Positions 28,438 to 32,000 of a DNA stretch of 32,000 nt are shown here, one piece after another. The notes beneath the pieces are model-generated. The model ran no database searches and was not told where the DNA came from. It saw only the letters and a program-made list of their open reading frames with translations. The stretch is from positions 270,001-302,000 of the forward strand of contig NC_007681.1 in the NCBI RefSeq assembly GCF_000012545.1. Reading direction: 5' to 3'. The first letter of the stretch is position 1. Each line of letters opens with the position of its first letter. Source of the DNA: Methanosphaera stadtmanae DSM 3091. GTDB lineage: Archaea > Methanobacteriota > Methanobacteria > Methanobacteriales > Methanobacteriaceae. The position numbers and the translations under genes are program-made.

Positions 28438-29529
28438 TTATGTTAATATAACATCAAGTTTATCAGTTTCTATAGCATTCTTAATTTCTCTTGAAATTCT
28501 ACGACCCATACTCATAACTTCTCCAAATTGGATATAGGAGTATGCAGATCCATTCATGAATGAATTAGTACCACCATCAATACGAGCACTCATTTCAAAA
28601 ATAACAATTTCTCTATCATCATTTACTAAACATTGTAAACAGAAAGGACCATTCATACCAGGTTTTACTAATTTTTTAGCAGTTTCTACTAATCTATCTC
28701 CATTTTCAAATACTTGTGGAAGGAGAGATTCTCTTATTACAACTGGATGATTTCCACTAACAACATATGATGGGCTAAGATTTGCTTCTATTTGGTCTTG
28801 TGCAGGAATTCTTACAATACCATCAATATTTGTTTCATATCTACTATCCATTCCTAAAACTTCAACTTCATCTTTTAGAGCAGAGTAGAAGTAATGTATA
28901 CAGAAGTTAGTACCACATACATATTCTTCAATATGTGCATCTTTAACATCACTATCTGTAATCCAATTTCTTTCTTTCATTTCCTGAATCTTATTTTGGA
29001 ATTCCTCATAACTAGAACATATGAAGTAACCCTGTCCACCTCTTGCACCAGGGAATTTTACCATAACTTCCTTGTTAATATCTTCTGGTTTATCAAATTT
29101 TCTTGGCATTCTAATACCAGATTGTGTAATCATTTTTCTTTCCTTGTCACGTTCTGCTTCCCAACGTAGTATATCACGGTTTCCAAACATTGGAACGTTG
29201 AATTTATCTTCAACATTACTAAGACCAGCATATGCAACAAAAGATCCATGAGGTACAACAATAGCATTCATTGCTCTTAATTTATCCTGTACATCACTAT
29301 TTACAATATCTTTATATTCATCTACAAATATAAATTCATCAGCTACACCAAATCGTTCATATGGAACTTCTTTTCCTTTTTCACATACAACTGCTGTTCT
29401 AAATCCTTCTTGTTTTGCACCACGAAGGATGTGTAATGCAGTGTGACTTCCAAGAGTTGCTATGGTAATGTTACTTTTATCATATTTTTCTACAATATCC
29501 ATTATATCTTCTTTTTTAACTTTTCCCAT
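28438..29529 (-). CDS. purP: FAICAR synthetase (5-formaminoimidazole-4-carboxamide ribonucleotide synthetase, archaeal PurP)
   Basis: ITIATLGSHTALHILRGAKQEGF, VVPHGSFVAY, PMFGNRDILRWE, VKFPGARGGQGYF, HIEEYVCGTNFCIHYFYS, NHPVVIRESLLPQVFE, GPFCLQ and FEMSARIDGGTN. By recollection it is collinear with the Methanocaldococcus PurP family. Confidence 0.9.
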   Translation of the reverse strand: MGKVKKEDIMDIVEKYDKSNITIATLGSHTALHILRGAKQEGFRTAVVCEKGKEVPYERFGVADEFIFVDEYKDIVNSDVQDKLRAMNAIVVPHGSFVAYAGLSNVEDKFNVPMFGNRDILRWEAERDKERKMITQSGIRMPRKFDKPEDINKEVMVKFPGARGGQGYFICSSYEEFQNKIQEMKERNWITDSDVKDAHIEEYVCGTNFCIHYFYSALKDEVEVLGMDSRYETNIDGIVRIPAQDQIEANLSPSYVVSGNHPVVIRESLLPQVFENGDRLVETAKKLVKPGMNGPFCLQCLVNDDREIVIFEMSARIDGGTNSFMNGSAYSYIQFGEVMSMGRRISREIKNAIETDKLDVILT

Positions 29530-29817
29530 AAATTACACCTAATACATTTGTAATGATTTTTTGTTAATGAATATATTTATATATCTTATTATTATTATAA
29601 TAATCTCCAGAACAGGAGAATAATAATGATATTATTAAGAAAAGTATTTAATAGTAAATTTTTTTATATTATAAAAAATATATTTTTATTCATATTTTAG
29701 TTTTATAATAGAATTTTTATGAAACAAAAAAGGGGTATATTTGAGTAAAAATATAATCTTTATTTTTTTAGAAAATTACATATTAATTACCTAATAATAA
29801 AAAGGAGTATTAAATTA

Positions 29818-30051
29818 ATGTTATGTGTTAATCAAGATCATTGTTTAGGGTGTGGAGCATGTGTTATAGTATGTCCTGTTAATCAAGAAATCTATCCAGA
29901 GGTTATTGGAGGTAATGGGCCAGATACAACAGATGTGGTAATGTTAGTTGAAAATGGAGTAATAAAACTATTCCATCCAGAAAAATGTGTAACATGTATG
30001 AAATGTAATGATACATGTCCAACAAAGGCAATATATCATAAGGGAGACTAA
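29818..30051 (+). CDS. fwdG: 2x[4Fe-4S] ferredoxin-type subunit of formylmethanofuran dehydrogenase (FwdG-like)
   Basis: 77 aa with two CxxCxxCxxxCP motifs (CLGCGACVIVCP, CVTCMKCNDTCP). An AGGAG RBS precedes it. It sits immediately upstream of fwdD, 3 bp apart. Confidence 0.6.
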   Translation: MLCVNQDHCLGCGACVIVCPVNQEIYPEVIGGNGPDTTDVVMLVENGVIKLFHPEKCVTCMKCNDTCPTKAIYHKGD

Positions 30052-30054
30052 AAT

Positions 30055-30507
30055 ATGGATGAAATGGATATTATCATAAATACAGGTACGAGTATTATCC
30101 AAGCATTTTATGAAAAGAAAGGTTCTACATTAAAGGATGAATACAGACAATCTACAGCTGTAGCTTTTATGGATCCAAGGGATATGAAAAAATTATCTCT
30201 AAAACCACGTGATAAAATAAATGTAACATCTAAATGGGGAAGTGTAACAATATATGCAGATAAATCCCATGATGCACCACATGAAGGTATGATATTCATA
30301 CCAAGGGGACCATGGGCCAATATAGTAATAAGTCCAGAAACATATTGCTGTAATATTCCAACATATAAGGGAGTAAAAGCAGTAATTAAAAAAACAGACG
30401 ATGAAGTATTACTCGTAGCAAATCTAATGCATAAAACATACAATAAATATAAATATAACACAAAAACTCTTGGACAAAAGCCAGTATATAAAAAAATAGG
30501 GGAGTAA
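30055..30507 (+). CDS. fwdD: Formylmethanofuran dehydrogenase subunit D (molybdopterin-dinucleotide-binding domain)
   Basis: IINTGTSI..., GSVTIYA and EGMIFIPRGPWANIVISPET...IPTYKG match the FwdD/FmdD family. Confidence 0.8.
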   Translation: MDEMDIIINTGTSIIQAFYEKKGSTLKDEYRQSTAVAFMDPRDMKKLSLKPRDKINVTSKWGSVTIYADKSHDAPHEGMIFIPRGPWANIVISPETYCCNIPTYKGVKAVIKKTDDEVLLVANLMHKTYNKYKYNTKTLGQKPVYKKIGE

Positions 30508-30512
30508 ATAAT

Positions 30513-31856
30513 TTGACGCAAATGCCAATTACTGATTATGATAGACAAGTAAAAAATTGTTCCTGTTCATACTGTGGAAATAATTGTGATGATATTACAT
30601 ACCTACTAAAGGATGATAAAATAGTGGGAGTAAGACATGCATGTAGACTAGGTGCTAGTAAAATAATAAATGATGAAGATCAAAGATTACTAAATCCTAT
30701 GATTAGAAACAAAGAAGGAATACTTAAGGAAACAACATGGGAAAATGCACTAGATAAAATAGCACAACTTCTAACAAACAGTGTACGTCCAGTACTATAT
30801 GGTTGGGGAGAAACATCTGTTGAAGCAATAAAAGAGGGAATAAAAATAGCACAAATAACAGGAAGTGTAATAGATAATCAGTCAACAATATGTCATGGTG
30901 CAACAATCCAAGCATTTCAAAATGTGGGACATCCTGTTATGACACTTGGAGCTGTAAAAAACAGGGCAGATGTAATAATATATGTTGGAACAAATCCAAT
31001 GGATGATCATCCAAGACATCTTTCACGTTACACAACCTTTCCAGAAGGATTTTTCAGACCAAATGGTCGGGAGGATAGAACAATAATAACAATAGATCCA
31101 AAATATACAAACACGGCTAAAGTATCAGATAAATGGATTAGCTATGATATAGGGGAAGACTATGCCTTTTTTAATACTCTACGTATGATACTTGCAGGAC
31201 ATGAAATAACTGATGAAGAAATTGCAGGAGTTAATATAGAAATATTGTATGAACTTGTAGAAATAATGAAAAATGCAGAATATGGTGCATTGTTCTTTGG
31301 ATTAGGTCTTACACAAAGTACTACAAAACAGGGAAATGTTGATGTTCTAATACAACTAATAGAAGATCTAAATAAATACTCAAAATGGTCCATGTTACCT
31401 ATGAGGGGATTTTTCAATGTTAATGGATTTAATATGGCATTAACAACAGAAACAGGATATCCATATGGTGTGGATTATTCAAGAGGATATCCAAGATACA
31501 TGGTTGGAGAAACAACAACAATAGATCTTTTAAATCGTAGAGAACCTGATTTTTTCATGGCAGTAGCAGCAGATCCTGGAGTTCAATTTCCAGGTTACAC
31601 AATCAAACACTTAGTTGACATACCAGTTGTACAAGTAGATACTCATTGGGGCCCATACACTGAACTTGCAGACATAGTACTTCCAAGTACAAGAGTAGGT
31701 GTGGAAACAAAAGGGACAGCTTATAGGATGGATTCAATACCATTATATATGAAAAAAGTTATTGAAAAACCTGAAAACTGTCATTCAGATCAATGGATAC
31801 TCTCCCAGATATACAATAGAATAGAAAAACTAAAACAAGAAAATGGAGATAACTAA
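30513..31856 (+). CDS. fwdB: Formylmethanofuran dehydrogenase subunit B (Cys-type; W or Mo form not distinguishable)
   Basis: An N-terminal Cys cluster ([10 protein letters not shown]...C) is followed by a molybdopterin oxidoreductase-like body, with STICHGAT where the active-site Cys/Sec is expected. There is no in-frame TGA. The start is a TTG at 30513, 8 nt after AGGGGAG (alternative ATG at 30522). Confidence 0.8.
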   Translation: MTQMPITDYDRQVKNCSCSYCGNNCDDITYLLKDDKIVGVRHACRLGASKIINDEDQRLLNPMIRNKEGILKETTWENALDKIAQLLTNSVRPVLYGWGETSVEAIKEGIKIAQITGSVIDNQSTICHGATIQAFQNVGHPVMTLGAVKNRADVIIYVGTNPMDDHPRHLSRYTTFPEGFFRPNGREDRTIITIDPKYTNTAKVSDKWISYDIGEDYAFFNTLRMILAGHEITDEEIAGVNIEILYELVEIMKNAEYGALFFGLGLTQSTTKQGNVDVLIQLIEDLNKYSKWSMLPMRGFFNVNGFNMALTTETGYPYGVDYSRGYPRYMVGETTTIDLLNRREPDFFMAVAADPGVQFPGYTIKHLVDIPVVQVDTHWGPYTELADIVLPSTRVGVETKGTAYRMDSIPLYMKKVIEKPENCHSDQWILSQIYNRIEKLKQENGDN

Positions 31857-32000
31857 CATGGAATATATTTTAAAAAATGGTATTGTATTTGATCCAGCAA
31901 ATAATATTGATGGAGAAAAAAAGGACATACTAATAAAAGATGGATACATAGTTAGTGAAGTATCAAAGGATGCAAAGATTATAGATGTTACAAATAAATT
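31857..32000 (+). CDS. fwdA: Formylmethanofuran dehydrogenase subunit A, 5' fragment (runs off the window)
   Basis: My own translation: [47 protein letters not shown]... This is a typical FwdA (amidohydrolase-fold) N-terminus. The ATG abuts the fwdB stop. It is absent from the ORF track because no stop lies in the window. Confidence 0.8.

Overview
This is a very AT-rich euryarchaeal window, almost certainly from a methanogen of the Methanobacteriales (Methanosphaera/Methanobrevibacter-like). The assignment rests on gene content: formylmethanofuran dehydrogenase genes, the NrpR nitrogen repressor next to glnA, archaeal PurP, Sec61-beta and an intron-containing tRNA.

Layout:
- 1-7.5 kb: surface-glycan biosynthesis cluster. 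It holds a UDP-GlcNAc 2-epimerase, two GT2 glycosyltransferase genes (one encoding a 915-aa double-GT2 protein) and a 629-aa unknown protein, all with coiled-coil segments.
- 7.7-19.3 kb: housekeeping genes (truD, glf, copA, a DUF126/aconitase-X small subunit, thiC, sec61-beta, tRNA-Met, a ThiF-family E1-like enzyme), plus an unusual K/E/T/Q-rich repeat protein.
- 19.5-25.2 kb: a SpoIIM-like membrane protein, then an intact 1530-bp IS with 26-bp inverted repeats and an 8-bp target duplication. The IS sits immediately upstream of the glnA promoter, which carries a GGAA-N6-TTCC NrpR-type operator. glnA and nrpR follow.
- 25.5-28.4 kb: two tandem mini-ferredoxins, then a ~1.95-kb cassette bracketed by ~210-bp imperfect inverted repeats.
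- 28.4-32 kb: purP and the start of a fwd/fmd operon (G-like, D, B, A').

I saw no rRNA, CRISPR array or recognisable defence system.

The least-explained structures are:
- the inverted-repeat-bracketed cassette
- the disordered repeat protein with four copies of a conserved short motif
- a perfect 189-bp in-frame tandem duplication in a glycosyltransferase coiled coil
- a 17-nt homopolymer in a glycosyltransferase promoter/leader

All product calls come from by-eye motif and family recognition. No database search was run.
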